A stretch of 64,000 nt of DNA from Candidatus Latescibacterota bacterium (GTDB lineage: Bacteria > Latescibacterota > UBA2968 > UBA8231), in the NCBI GenBank assembly GCA_965221775.1, contig CBDCSU010000004.1, forward strand, positions 1,088,001 through 1,152,000. The letters are read 5' to 3'. Positions 49,138 through 59,535 of this stretch are shown one piece after another. The translations under genes and the position numbers were made by a program. The notes beneath the pieces are model-generated. The model searched no databases. It was not told where the DNA came from and was given only the letters and a program-made list of their open reading frames with translations. The number at the start of each line of letters is the position of its first letter. Positions within the stretch are counted from its first letter, which is position 1.

Positions 49138-50255
49138 GGCGCCTCCTTCAGGAACCTGCACCCGAACCTCGCCAACTGCATCGCCGTCCTGCCCGCCGGC
49201 GTCTCGATCGAGGTGTCGGCCCCGAGGACGATCAGAATCTCCGCCGCCTCGACCTCGCCGGTGTAGGTCGACCTGTGCAGGGGCGTGCGCCCCTTCGCGT
49301 CGGGCCAGTCCAGGTCGGCGCCGTGGGCGGCCAGCAGCCAGATCATCTCCGTGTGTCCCCACTCGGCGGCCAGGTGCAGCGGCGTGCGGTCGGTCTCGGT
49401 GATGGCATCGACCTCGGCTCCCTTCGCCAGCAGCCACGCCGCGCAGCGCCCGGCATCGCCCCGCACCGCCCAGTGGAGCGGCGTCATGCCGGCCTCGTGG
49501 CGGTCGGTGACCGCGGCCTCGCCGCTCTCCACCAGTTCCCTTGCGCGGGCCAGGTCGTCCCGGCCGCAGGCGGAGAAGATGTCGTAGTACGCACCGCGCT
49601 CCAGGAGGAACTCCGCGAAGCCCATCCGCCGGCTCCACAGCTCCGGATTGTGCCAGGGCGCGAAGGCGCCGTCGAAGGGCGGCGCCACCGCGTCCTGCAG
49701 CACCGTCCGGCCACGCTCGCCGTTGCCGGTCATCTCGGCTTCCGGATCGCCCCCGTACTGGAGGATGAACTCCGCCACCTCCCGCGGCCGGCCGACGCAC
49801 CCGTAGAGCAGGGTCGCGTTGCCAGGGATGCCCCGGGGCTTGGCGTTGACCACCTTGGCGTTCGAGACCCCGGCGTCGAAGAGGGTCCGCAGGGACTGCA
49901 GGTTGCCGTTGGCGAAGGCCCGGAAGACCGGGTGGTACTCGTGCCGGCGGTCCATCCCCGTCTGGCAGTCGTAGAGCTCATCGACGCCCTGATCGAGCAG
50001 GAACCGCACCGCGTCGTGGGTCCCGTGGTAGACGGTGGCCGGCACGAGAGCCAGCGGTCCGACGGTGGTGAGCAGAGAGGGGTCCTCCTTCAGCAGCGAC
50101 CTCATCCGGGGCACGTCGCACTCGGCGTGGCTGTCGTCGCTCGCGTCATGGGCGGCGGCGGTGACGAACTCCCTCTCACGGCGAGTCAGCTTGCGGCCCT
50201 CGCGCCGTTCGAAGGCGGCCTCCACCCGGATCCTCACTCTCTCGGCAGGGTCCAC
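49134..50255 (-). CDS. Ankyrin-repeat protein
   Basis: 'GMTPLHWA', 'RTPLHLAA', 'GRTPLH'; SD GAGGAGG. Confidence 0.88.
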   Translation of the reverse strand: MDPAERVRIRVEAAFERREGRKLTRREREFVTAAAHDASDDSHAECDVPRMRSLLKEDPSLLTTVGPLALVPATVYHGTHDAVRFLLDQGVDELYDCQTGMDRRHEYHPVFRAFANGNLQSLRTLFDAGVSNAKVVNAKPRGIPGNATLLYGCVGRPREVAEFILQYGGDPEAEMTGNGERGRTVLQDAVAPPFDGAFAPWHNPELWSRRMGFAEFLLERGAYYDIFSACGRDDLARARELVESGEAAVTDRHEAGMTPLHWAVRGDAGRCAAWLLAKGAEVDAITETDRTPLHLAAEWGHTEMIWLLAAHGADLDWPDAKGRTPLHRSTYTGEVEAAEILIVLGADTSIETPAGRTAMQLARFGCRFLKEAP

Positions 50256-50308
50256 TTCGTCGGTTCCTCCTCGGTCGAAATCGCGTCCGGCGGCCGCCGG
50301 AGGGGCTC

Positions 50309-51700
50309 TCAGCGGAACAGCAGAAGGCCGAAGTCGTCCGGGTTGTGGGCGTCGGAGCCGAAGGTGCGGACCCACTGCGTGTACTCGCGCCCGCGGAAGG
50401 TCCGTATGAAGTTGAACCCCCAGACCGTCCCGGGCCTCGGGCGCGGGAACTGCGGCTGGCCGAACTCCAGCCGGTATTCGAGCGACCAGAGATCGTCCCC
50501 CACGTGGGCGGCGGCCTCGCCGTCGGCGTCCCAGGCCCTTTCCTCGTCACGGACGGACCGGTCGCTCTTGACGAGGTACCTGTCCGATACCACCCCCATC
50601 GAATTGACCCCGGTGTGCACGTAGTTCATCCGGTCGAGGTTCGCGTCGATGAAGAGCTCCACCATGTCATCCCGCCAGATCGCCCCGTCGTGACCGTGAT
50701 CCCCGACGACGATGCTGTCGGGATGGGCGTCGAACCCCCGGAACCCGATGAACAGGGCCTCGGAGGTGTAGCCCGCGAGGAACTCGGTCCGCAGATCGGA
50801 GGCCACGGCGGCGTTGTGGCCTCGGCTGAACTGGTAGAAGGTGTCGGCGCGCGCCGCCTCCGCCCACACGCTCTCGTCGAGCCGTCCGTCGATGCGCGGC
50901 TCCGACCGCAACCGGGGAATGTCCAGGAGCATGCCGTGCCGCCGCAGGCACTCCAGGCCTTCGTCCGTCCGGCCGTTGTCGTAGAGGTGCCGGCCCAGCC
51001 GGTAGTTGGCTCGCTTGCCGCCGGGCCAGGCGGCGACGGCCTGGCGGTAGAGATCCAGCGCCAGGGCCAGGTCGACTTCCAGCTCGGCCTTGCGGGCGGC
51101 GTCCAGGAGCTCGTCCACGGCGCCGGCGAGTCGAATCCGCGCCTCCATCCGGGTCCCGATGTGGGCGGACCCCGCCAGCCTCAGCGCCGAGGCGCGGGCG
51201 CGCTCCTCCAGGTCCTCTTCCAGTTCGTCGAGACGGTTCAGGGCCAGGAGGCACTCATACAGAACCGAAGCATCCGACTCCGTCTCCAGGGCCTGCACGA
51301 GGGCGCCCGCGGCCTCGACCCGCCCCTGAACCCCCAGCCCCCGGGCGATGCGCGCGCGGACCTCGGGGTCGCCGTCGGTGAGCAGGTGTTGCTCCAGACG
51401 GGGCACGATGCGTCCGTCCCCGACCCGCGTCATCAGGCTCAGCATGACGTCGACCAGGTGGGGCCGGGCCGCGTCCCGGGCGGGGTCCTCCAGGGCGGCC
51501 AGCAGCGGCGTCACGGCGCGGTCGGTGGCCAGCAGCAGCTCCTGGCGCGCCGATTCCCGCTCCTCGGGATCCTCGAGCTGCCCGACCAGGTCGTCGAGAC
51601 TCGGTCCGCAGGCCGCAAGACCCAGGGCCTGCAGCAGGACCAGGGGCCACCTGTATCCCCGCGTGTTGAAGAGTCGATCGCACATGCGGACGAGGTCCAC
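50309..51700 (-). CDS. Lipoprotein with HEAT repeats, TPR-like segment and C-terminal CBM9-like domain
   Basis: Lipobox 'LAAC'; 'DPEVRARIARGLG'; 'PRIDGRLDESVW', 'DDMVELFID', 'WGFNFIR'; start uncertain. Confidence 0.8.
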   Translation of the reverse strand: MDLVRMCDRLFNTRGYRWPLVLLQALGLAACGPSLDDLVGQLEDPEERESARQELLLATDRAVTPLLAALEDPARDAARPHLVDVMLSLMTRVGDGRIVPRLEQHLLTDGDPEVRARIARGLGVQGRVEAAGALVQALETESDASVLYECLLALNRLDELEEDLEERARASALRLAGSAHIGTRMEARIRLAGAVDELLDAARKAELEVDLALALDLYRQAVAAWPGGKRANYRLGRHLYDNGRTDEGLECLRRHGMLLDIPRLRSEPRIDGRLDESVWAEAARADTFYQFSRGHNAAVASDLRTEFLAGYTSEALFIGFRGFDAHPDSIVVGDHGHDGAIWRDDMVELFIDANLDRMNYVHTGVNSMGVVSDRYLVKSDRSVRDEERAWDADGEAAAHVGDDLWSLEYRLEFGQPQFPRPRPGTVWGFNFIRTFRGREYTQWVRTFGSDAHNPDDFGLLLFR

Positions 51701-51798
51701 GGAGATCCCTTACGGAGCCGGGGCCCCTTGAACGCGGGCCCCCGGCTGCACACAATACGACATCCCCAAGGCATTCGTGATTCACCAGGAGCCGCCCC

Positions 51799-52899
51799 AT
51801 GACGAACCCCTCGCCCCACCTGCACCAGGTCGACCCCCTCACCGAGGAGCAGATCGCGCGCTTCAAGCGCGACGGCCTGCTGATCCTGCCGGGCGTGCTC
51901 GACGCCGACCTGTGCCGCCGGGCGCGGGACCAGATGTGGGAGATCATCGACGAGCACCGCCCCGCCATGCGCCGCGACGATCCGGCCACGTGGGTGCCGC
52001 TGACCGAGGAGGAAAAGGCCTCCTACCCGCGCGCCGACACCGGGGGCGATCCCTACTTCTCCGGCGGCGGGCACCGGTACTACATCCGCAACGGCGTCGA
52101 GGAGCTGCTGCTGGACCTGGCCCCCCGCGCCCTGTGGCGCGTCGCCGAGCAGCTGCTGGGCGAGGGCGAGGTGGTGTGGCCCGCGGGCGCCGACGAGGCC
52201 GGCGAGACCACCGGTCCGTGCCTGCTGACGGAAGGCTCCGTGGGGGGCTTCTCGCCCCACCTCGGCGACGAGCCGGAGAAGTGGACCGGACCGGTCACGG
52301 GCCGGACCGAGCAGGTGCGCCTGCCGAAGACGGGGCCCGTGTGGTTGACGGGCCAGGGCACCCGCGGCCTGTACTGCACCCTCCCCGACAGCCCGCCGCC
52401 CCCCGAGAACTACCGCGGCGCCCACGCCGAGGCCCTCTACGACACGCGCTGGCGGATCCAGATCGCCGCCTACATCGACGACCTGCCGCCCCGGGCCGGC
52501 GGCCTGACCCTGTTCCCGGGCAGCCACCGGCGCATCTGGGACCACCGGGAGGCCCTGCACCGCGACTGCCCGCCGCCCGCGGTGCCAGAAGGGTCGCCGG
52601 AGTGGAACGGGTACACCGCGCCCCCGCTCCCGGAGATCAAGGCCGACACCGAGCCGGTGGAGACGGCCGGACCCTCGGGCTCGGTCGTGCTCTGGCACGC
52701 CAACCTGCTCCACATGGCCGGTCAGAACCAGCGCCGCGACGTGATCCGCCAGGCGACGATCTACGCCTTCGCCAAGACCGCCGAGGCGGTGCCGGACGAG
52801 GTGGTCAAGCGGGATCCGAGCGGCGACCTGTGGCGCGACTGGTCGGAGGCGGTGCGGTCGATCGAGGCGGCGGCCCCGGAGCAGGAGATTCCTCGATGA
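51799..52899 (+). CDS. Phytanoyl-CoA dioxygenase family protein
   Basis: 'FKRDGLLILPGVL', 'GAHAE', 'GGLTLFPGSH', 'GSVVLWHANLLH'. Confidence 0.85.
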   Translation: MTNPSPHLHQVDPLTEEQIARFKRDGLLILPGVLDADLCRRARDQMWEIIDEHRPAMRRDDPATWVPLTEEEKASYPRADTGGDPYFSGGGHRYYIRNGVEELLLDLAPRALWRVAEQLLGEGEVVWPAGADEAGETTGPCLLTEGSVGGFSPHLGDEPEKWTGPVTGRTEQVRLPKTGPVWLTGQGTRGLYCTLPDSPPPPENYRGAHAEALYDTRWRIQIAAYIDDLPPRAGGLTLFPGSHRRIWDHREALHRDCPPPAVPEGSPEWNGYTAPPLPEIKADTEPVETAGPSGSVVLWHANLLHMAGQNQRRDVIRQATIYAFAKTAEAVPDEVVKRDPSGDLWRDWSEAVRSIEAAAPEQEIPR

Positions 52900-53897
52900 C
52901 CGAGCCCGAACCGATCAACTGGGGAATCCTCAGCACCGCCCGCATCGGCGTCACCGCCTTCATCCCCTCGGCCCGGGCCACCCCCGGCGCCCGGGTACAG
53001 GCCGTGGCCAGCCGCAGCCGGGAGAAGGCCGAGGCCTTCGCCCGCGAGCACGACATCCCACTGGCCCTGGGCGGCTACCAGGCCCTGGTGGAACACCCCG
53101 ACGTCGACGCGATCTACATCTCGCTGCCCAACTCGCTCCACGCCGAGTGGACCGTCGCCGCCGCCCGGGCCGGCAAGCACGTGTTCTGCGAGAAGCCGCT
53201 GGCCGTCACCGCCGGGGAGGGCCGGCGGATGGCCGCCGCCTGCGGCGAGGCGGGGGTCCTGCTCTTCGAGGCCTTCGTCTTCATGCACCACCCCCAGAGC
53301 CGGCGCATCCGCGAGATCCTCGGGACGGGGGAGATCGGCGCCCTGCGCCACATCGACGCGGGCATGGCCTTCGTCGTCGACGATCCGGCCAACATCCGCC
53401 TGATCAAGGCGCTGGGCGGCGGCAGCATCTACGACGGCGGGGTCTACCCCATCACCTTCGCCCGCTTCATCGCCGGCGCCGACCCCGTGAGCGTGATGGC
53501 GAACATGCGCTTCGACGAGCGCTCCGGGGTGGACGTGGCGGTATCGCTGATCCTCGAGTTCCCCGGCGGCCTCACGGCGACCCTGTACTGCGGCTTCCAG
53601 GGCCGCGGCGGCGCCCATGCCCGGATCATCGGGGACCGGGGCCGGCTGGTGGTGCCCGCCCCCTACCATCCCGGCGCCGAGAGCCGCTTCGAGGTCGTCC
53701 CGGCTTCCGGCGAAGAGCGCACCGAGACGACCCGCACCGGGACCCCGCCGTTTCAGCCGGCGATCGAGTTCTTCCAGCGGTGCATGCGCGGGGAGGAGAC
53801 CCCCGCGTACATGGCCGACCACGCCGAGGGCACCCTCCGGGTGGTGGAAGCGGCCTTCGAGTCCGCCCGCGGCGGCCGGCGAGTCGACCTGGCCTGA
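52896..53897 (+). CDS. Gfo/Idh/MocA oxidoreductase
   Basis: 'WGILSTARIG', 'LPNSLHAEW', 'GKHVFCEKPL', 'GGGSIYDGGVY'. Confidence 0.92.
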   Translation: MTEPEPINWGILSTARIGVTAFIPSARATPGARVQAVASRSREKAEAFAREHDIPLALGGYQALVEHPDVDAIYISLPNSLHAEWTVAAARAGKHVFCEKPLAVTAGEGRRMAAACGEAGVLLFEAFVFMHHPQSRRIREILGTGEIGALRHIDAGMAFVVDDPANIRLIKALGGGSIYDGGVYPITFARFIAGADPVSVMANMRFDERSGVDVAVSLILEFPGGLTATLYCGFQGRGGAHARIIGDRGRLVVPAPYHPGAESRFEVVPASGEERTETTRTGTPPFQPAIEFFQRCMRGEETPAYMADHAEGTLRVVEAAFESARGGRRVDLA

Positions 53898-53941
53898 GGG
53901 GACCGTGCGAGCTGTGCGGGACCCCCTCGGTCAGGGCACGG

Positions 53942-55816
53942 TCACTCCGCCGCGACCTTGATCTCCAGGCTCGCGGTGCCCGCGAGATAGAGGTCGACCT
54001 CCTCCTGGGCGGATGCGGTCGGCTGGGGGCCCGGGTCCGGGCCGAAGAAGGTATCCCCGAAACCCCCTGAATCGGGCGGCGGCTGCCCTTCCGTCCCCTC
54101 CGCCGGAAGGGGCATGGCGTAAGTCACCCGCACCTTCAGCTGGACGTTCCCGTCCGCCTCGTTCAACCGCGCAATGGCATCCTCGAGCGTCTCCTCGAGC
54201 GTCTCGTCGGCCCCCGGGCCGGTGCCGAAGAGGCCGAGGAACAGGTCGCCCTCGCCGCCGTCCTGCAGGGACGCCGCGGAGCCGGCCTCCAACTGGTAGA
54301 CCCCGGCGGGAAGGGTGTCGGGCAGGTCGAGGTCGACCTCGATCTCCCGGTCCATCCTCCGGCCTACGCGCAGCGAGGTCGTGACCGTCAGCACCTCTCC
54401 CGGAGTGACGACGGTGTCGGCGGAGACCTCCACCACCTGGGCGAATCGAGGCTCGGCGATCACCTCGACGTGAACCTCCGCCTCCCGCACACCAAGGGTG
54501 TAGTCGTGTCGAGACACGAGTTCCGCGAGGGCGCCGAAGAGGTCGTATTCGGCGTTCGAGACCAGGGGGAACAGGCGCCCGTCGGGATCGGCGTACAGGC
54601 GCGATCGAGAGAGGGTTGCCTCGGTCCCCGCGAAGGAGATGTCCGTCGTCACACGGAGGCTGTGGTCGGCATCGTTGTCGAGCCGGTTGGACAAGGGCGA
54701 GAAGACGGCGACGGGCAGGAGGCCGCTCGGATTGACGCCCCTGGCGGGCATCCGGTGCACCAGCTCTTCCTCGGCCCCCGAGGGGAAGCGGTAGCGGCTG
54801 GTCACCGCCAGCAGTTCCGGCCCCTCATCGAGGACACCGCGCACGGCGGGCAGGCGGTCCTCGGTAAGGGTGCCGCGAACCGTCGGGTTGAGGGTGGTGA
54901 ACTTGAACGGCGCCGAGAGGTTGGAGATCTCTCCGAGGACCTTGGCCTCGATGATCGGCAGGTTCACCGCGCCGGCCTGGTCCATCGGATGCCCGAAGCC
55001 GTACACACGATCGCCGTCGACGTAGGAGATCGTCCCGACGGCGGCTGCCGTGATCTCTCCCAGCAGCACCCCGACCGTCAGCGGCCGGCCGGCTTCGAAG
55101 CTCTCCTGCCGCTCCTGGGTCAGGGCGGCGGAGACGGCCTCGCTCCATGGGAAGGACCTGTCCGCCGGCAGAGGCTGGGCGGGGTTGAGGCCCGTCACCA
55201 CCTGGGGCACTTCCAGGGGGGCGATGCGGGCGCCGCCCCAGGTGGCGGCCGGTTTCCCCGCCGGCAGCGTGCCGCGCTCTCCGATGACCCACTCGATAGG
55301 CGTGGCGAAGAAGTAGTAGGGCGGGCTGTCCTGGGCGCCGAACCCGTAGGCGATGGCGCCCCAGGTGCCGTCCTCGGAGAACAGTGGAGATCCGCTCATG
55401 CCCTTGGCGATCCCTCCGAGCTGGATCAGCACCGGGTCGGAGGCCTCCACCATGATCACCGGCATGGGCGGCAGGAAGTCGTCCACCACGGCGACGAACT
55501 TCATCTCGAGATCGGCGAGCTCGCCGTTGGCGAACTCGGTCCGCAGGTAGACCGGCATGCCCTCGGGCCTGGAACGGACCGAGTCGATGGAGACGATGGC
55601 GGACAGATCCCAGGGCAGCAGCTCTCCGCTTGGCCGCAGGACCTCGTCGCCGGCCGCCGCCAGGGAAGCGGCGGCTGCCACCATCGCATCCGCCGCCGCG
55701 ATCAGCGAGTCGGCGGCCGCCTGCCTCGGGTCTACCGGGGCGGTCGGACCATCGTCATCTCCGCAGGCCGACAGGCCGAGGAGGAGCAGCGGCAACAGCA
55801 CGGTTCGGATGGACAT
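53942..55816 (-). CDS. Lipoprotein with SpoIVB/S55 peptidase domain
   Basis: Lipobox 'LSAC'; 'GGIAKGMSGSPL', 'GAIAYG', 'VGTISYVDGDRVYGFGHPM'. Confidence 0.85.
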   Translation of the reverse strand: MSIRTVLLPLLLLGLSACGDDDGPTAPVDPRQAAADSLIAAADAMVAAAASLAAAGDEVLRPSGELLPWDLSAIVSIDSVRSRPEGMPVYLRTEFANGELADLEMKFVAVVDDFLPPMPVIMVEASDPVLIQLGGIAKGMSGSPLFSEDGTWGAIAYGFGAQDSPPYYFFATPIEWVIGERGTLPAGKPAATWGGARIAPLEVPQVVTGLNPAQPLPADRSFPWSEAVSAALTQERQESFEAGRPLTVGVLLGEITAAAVGTISYVDGDRVYGFGHPMDQAGAVNLPIIEAKVLGEISNLSAPFKFTTLNPTVRGTLTEDRLPAVRGVLDEGPELLAVTSRYRFPSGAEEELVHRMPARGVNPSGLLPVAVFSPLSNRLDNDADHSLRVTTDISFAGTEATLSRSRLYADPDGRLFPLVSNAEYDLFGALAELVSRHDYTLGVREAEVHVEVIAEPRFAQVVEVSADTVVTPGEVLTVTTSLRVGRRMDREIEVDLDLPDTLPAGVYQLEAGSAASLQDGGEGDLFLGLFGTGPGADETLEETLEDAIARLNEADGNVQLKVRVTYAMPLPAEGTEGQPPPDSGGFGDTFFGPDPGPQPTASAQEEVDLYLAGTASLEIKVAAE

Positions 55817-56106
55817 TTCTTCCTCCTTGTTCACGTAAGCAGTGGCTCGGGAGGTGGCGCCCCCTCACCCGCGGGGCCCCACCTTGAGGAACAGACGAGC
55901 CCTGACGGGATTGGTTCCCGTCCTGACGTTTTTCCGGGAACCGGCCGTTTGCCGTTTCCGGCGATACCGGTCAAATGGTTGGAACAGCCGGCCTCCGGGT
56001 GCCCGGAGCGCCAGGGCGCGGCAGGACTTCGGCCAGGCGCGAGCCCCGCGTCCGCCCTTGAGCCACTGCCGGCCAGGCCCTTCCTTCGGGCGCCGGAGGC
56101 CTGGCG

Positions 56107-57162
56107 ATGAACGACGACCGAACCAGCGGACTGTCCAGCGGCGAGAGGGCCCCCGATTTCGTCGCCCCCCTCGAGGGGGCCGGTCCGGCGCGCTTCTACG
56201 GGCGGGCCGGGGGAAGGCCCGCCCTGGTGATCTTCGCGGCCGGGGTGTGCGCGTCGACGCGGGCGGCTCTCGACATTGCGGAAGCGGCCGCCAGCCGTCA
56301 CCTGGTCGTGCCCGACGAGGCCGAAGCGGCCCCCCTGCCGGAGGTCGACCTGTTCCGCGACGACGGCAAGCTGAGGGCGGCCTTCCGCCTGCCGGAGGAC
56401 GGGTCCGCCCGCGCCGTCGTCCTCGACCGGAACCTGCGCGTTCTCGACGGCTTCGACCTCGGCGGCGAGGCCGCCGCCGGCCGGCTGGCGGGCCTGCTGC
56501 GCCAGGCCTCGGCCGAGGCCCCGGCCGCCACGGTCACCGCCCAGGCGCCGGTGCTCTTCGTCCCCCGCGTCCTCGATCCGGACCACTGCGAGCACTTGCG
56601 GCAACTCTGGTCCGGGGCCCACGCCGACACCGGCGTCGAGCGCTCGGCCGGGGGCCGCCGCCGGGAGGTGCTGGCGGCGGAATCCAAGCGCCGGCGGGAT
56701 CACGTCGTCGAAGACCCCGACCTCCAGCGGCTGCTGACCCGGACCCTCGGCCGCCGGCTGCTGCCCGAGGTGCGGCGTCTCTTCGCCTTCGGCGCCGACC
56801 GCTTCGAAGGCTTCAAGATCGCCTGCTACGAGGCCTCCTCGAGCGGCTTCTTCGCCCCGCACCGCGACAACCTCAGCCCGGCCACCGCCCACCGGCGGTT
56901 CGCCCTCTCCCTCAACCTCAACGACGGCTACGACGGCGGCGAGCTGCGCTTCCCCGAGCACGGGGCGTCCCTCTACCGCCCGGCGGCGGGGGAAGCCCTC
57001 GTGTTCTCCTGCGCCATGCTGCACGAGGTCGTGCCGGTGACGCGGGGCCGGCGGTTCGCCCTGCTCTCCTTCCTCTTCGGACCGCAGACGGCGCGCGCCG
57101 GCGGCGCACGGGCCGCCCCGCCATCGTCGCCGCCGAAGCCTCCCGACACCGGAGAAAGCTGA
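56107..57162 (+). CDS. Degenerate redoxin + 2OG-Fe(II) oxygenase fusion
   Basis: 'GERAPDF'; 'FFAPHRDN' (HxD), 'GGELRFPE', 'LHEVVPVTRGRRF'. Confidence 0.88.
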   Translation: MNDDRTSGLSSGERAPDFVAPLEGAGPARFYGRAGGRPALVIFAAGVCASTRAALDIAEAAASRHLVVPDEAEAAPLPEVDLFRDDGKLRAAFRLPEDGSARAVVLDRNLRVLDGFDLGGEAAAGRLAGLLRQASAEAPAATVTAQAPVLFVPRVLDPDHCEHLRQLWSGAHADTGVERSAGGRRREVLAAESKRRRDHVVEDPDLQRLLTRTLGRRLLPEVRRLFAFGADRFEGFKIACYEASSSGFFAPHRDNLSPATAHRRFALSLNLNDGYDGGELRFPEHGASLYRPAAGEALVFSCAMLHEVVPVTRGRRFALLSFLFGPQTARAGGARAAPPSSPPKPPDTGES

Positions 57163-57163
57163 A

Positions 57164-58429
57164 ATGCGCATCACCGAGATCGAGGTCATCCCCCTGCGCG
57201 TCCCCTACGAGGACCGCCTGCGCCGGCGCTATCACCACTTCCAGATGGGCGAGGAGGTGACCGTCTACAAGTTCCACACCGACTCGGGACTCGTCGGCCT
57301 CGGCGAGAACCCCGGCCCGCCGCTGGCCGCCCCGGTGGTCGACGCCTACGCCGGCACCGATCCCTTCGACCACGTCATGAGCACCGGCCCCTTCAACCTG
57401 GACATGGCGTGCTACGACCTGATGGGCAAGCACCTCGGCGTGCCGATGTGGAAGGTCATGGGGCAGCAGGTGCGCCAGTGGGTGAGCATGGGCTGGTGGA
57501 TGCCGTGCATGTCCCCGGAGGACTCGGCCGAGGAGGTCCGGGTCGCCGCGGAGCGCGGCTACCGCGGGCTGAAGTGCAAGGCCCGCGCCTTCTACGACGT
57601 GGTCGAGCAGTCCCGGGCGATGCAGGAGGCGGCGCCGCCCGACTTCCGGGTGGAGTTCGACTTCAACGGCTGCCTGGTCGACGTCGAGCGCGCCCTGCCG
57701 ATCCTGCGGCAACTCGAGGAGATCCCCGTGGTCAAGGGCGTGGAGGAGCCGATCTTCGCCTACGACGTGGAGGGCTGGAGGCGCCTGCACAAGGAGGTCC
57801 GCATCCCCTTCTACCTGCACGGCGTGAGCACCATCTTCGACGGCCCCTCGCGGCAGCCGTCGGGTCCGTGGCTGGGGCTGCGGGCGGGGGACTTCGACGG
57901 CGCCCTGTGCAGCCACGAGAACGTGCGCAACGCCATGGCCGCCTCGTGGGCCTTCGCCGCCGCCAACACGCCGATCCTGCTGCAGTACGTGGGCACCGGG
58001 ATCACCGCCGCCTTCGCCTGCCACCTGGGCGCGGTCATGCACACCGCCACCCTGCCGGGGGTGACCGCCCATCACACTCGCGACGACCTGATCACCGAGC
58101 CCCACGTGATGCAGCGCGGCTTCATGAAGGTCCCCGAGGGCCCCGGCCTGGGGGTCGCGCTGGACGAGGACGCGGTGGCCCGCTTCCGGGAGACGCCGGC
58201 CGCCGACTGGCCGCGCCACTTCTCGGTGGTCACCCTGCCCGGCGGGCTGCGGCACTACTACCGGAACCTGCAGCAGGCCGAGCGGCTGATGAAGCGGGGC
58301 GTGGACGAGGCCTTCGCCCCGGGGGTGCGCCTCGACGAGCGCGAGGACGACGGCAGCGACGAGTTCGACCGCATCTGGAACCGCCTGCAGGCGCAGGACT
58401 GGCCGATCTGGGAGACGGAGGGAGCGTGA
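57164..58429 (+). CDS. Mandelate racemase/muconate lactonizing (enolase superfamily) enzyme
   Basis: 'DMACYDLMGK', KxK 'LKCKAR', 'FDFN', 'EEPI', 'VPEGPGLGVALD'. Confidence 0.9.
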   Translation: MRITEIEVIPLRVPYEDRLRRRYHHFQMGEEVTVYKFHTDSGLVGLGENPGPPLAAPVVDAYAGTDPFDHVMSTGPFNLDMACYDLMGKHLGVPMWKVMGQQVRQWVSMGWWMPCMSPEDSAEEVRVAAERGYRGLKCKARAFYDVVEQSRAMQEAAPPDFRVEFDFNGCLVDVERALPILRQLEEIPVVKGVEEPIFAYDVEGWRRLHKEVRIPFYLHGVSTIFDGPSRQPSGPWLGLRAGDFDGALCSHENVRNAMAASWAFAAANTPILLQYVGTGITAAFACHLGAVMHTATLPGVTAHHTRDDLITEPHVMQRGFMKVPEGPGLGVALDEDAVARFRETPAADWPRHFSVVTLPGGLRHYYRNLQQAERLMKRGVDEAFAPGVRLDEREDDGSDEFDRIWNRLQAQDWPIWETEGA

Positions 58430-59522
58430 CCTCGCCGGCGGCCGGAGGGACCGGCGGCCCCGGCGCCGGCGAGCTGCGCGCCATGCAGGCCGCCGACTAC
58501 ATCCTCCTCGACCGCGGCGGCGAGCGGGCGCGGGTGCCGGTGCGCAAGACCCGGCTGCCCCTCGACCCCGTGGGCCACGTGCAGCGGCTGAACTTCGCCG
58601 CCGCCCCGGACGGGACCCTGTACGCGGCCCAGCACAGCCTCTGGCACCGCTCTGCCGACGGCGGCGACAGCTGGACCCACCTGGAGCGCCCGTCGCCGGG
58701 GGGGGCTGGCGGCTGCAGTTCGCGCCGGACGGATCGATGGTGAACGTCAGCCCGGGGCCCGAGGGCCGGCCGGCCGTGTGGTCATCGGGGGACGAGGGGG
58801 AGAGCTGGCGCCGGATCGGCGGCCTCGATGTCGGCGGCGAGGAGGCGCGCCTCGACCTCGGGTTCTCGGTGACGCGGCTGCCCTGCGGCGCGCTGCTGGT
58901 CCCGCTCCTGGTGGTGGAGGGCGACGACGACACGGGATCGCGGACCTGCCACGTGTACCGGTCCGACGACGGCGGCCGCAACTGGGAGCGGGCCGGCACC
59001 ATCGGCGAATGGTGCCACGAGGTGAACCTGACGCCGCTGCCCGACGGCCGCCTGCTGGCCGTGATCCGCTACCAGCGCCCGCGGTTGAAGGGAGACTCGG
59101 AAGAGCTCCTCCAGGCCGCCCGGCACCCCGACTGGCCGTACAAGCACGTCTTCCTCTCCCACTCCCGGGACGAGGGCGCCACCTGGGAGCCGCCGCGCCA
59201 GCTGTGCACGGTCTACGGGCAGTGCTACGGCGCCGCCGGCGTGCTCGCCGACAACACCGTCGCCGTCGTCCACGACCACCGCTATCCGCGGTCCCTCGGC
59301 AGCGGCCGGGCGCGGGTCAGCCGCGACGGCGGCGACTCCTTCGGCGACGAGGTCTACTACCTGGTCCACGGGTACGCCGCGGGGTACGCCGCCACCCTCT
59401 CCCCCGACGGCGAGACCTTCCTGACCTTCGCCGGCTCTTGCTACGCCGACGTCGACTCCGGCTGGAACGCCGCCATCGGCACGACCCGGTTCCAGATCAT
59501 CCGCTGGCGGCCGGTCGACTGA
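58426..59522 (+). pseudogene. Sialidase/BNR protein frameshifted in a G8 tract (58698-58705)
   Basis: 5' part (GTGA overlap; 'SADGGDSW') joins the 58737 frame ('WRLQFAPDGSMVN', 'SDDGGRNW', 'SRDEGATW') if one G is added. Confidence 0.75.
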
Positions 59523-59535
59523 GGGCTCCCCGCCC

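Noticed and set aside
55900-55990. c-di-GMP-I riboswitch (GGCAAAC and GAAA on minus strand)
   Set aside because: The GACGCAAAGC-like second element and expected spacing are missing
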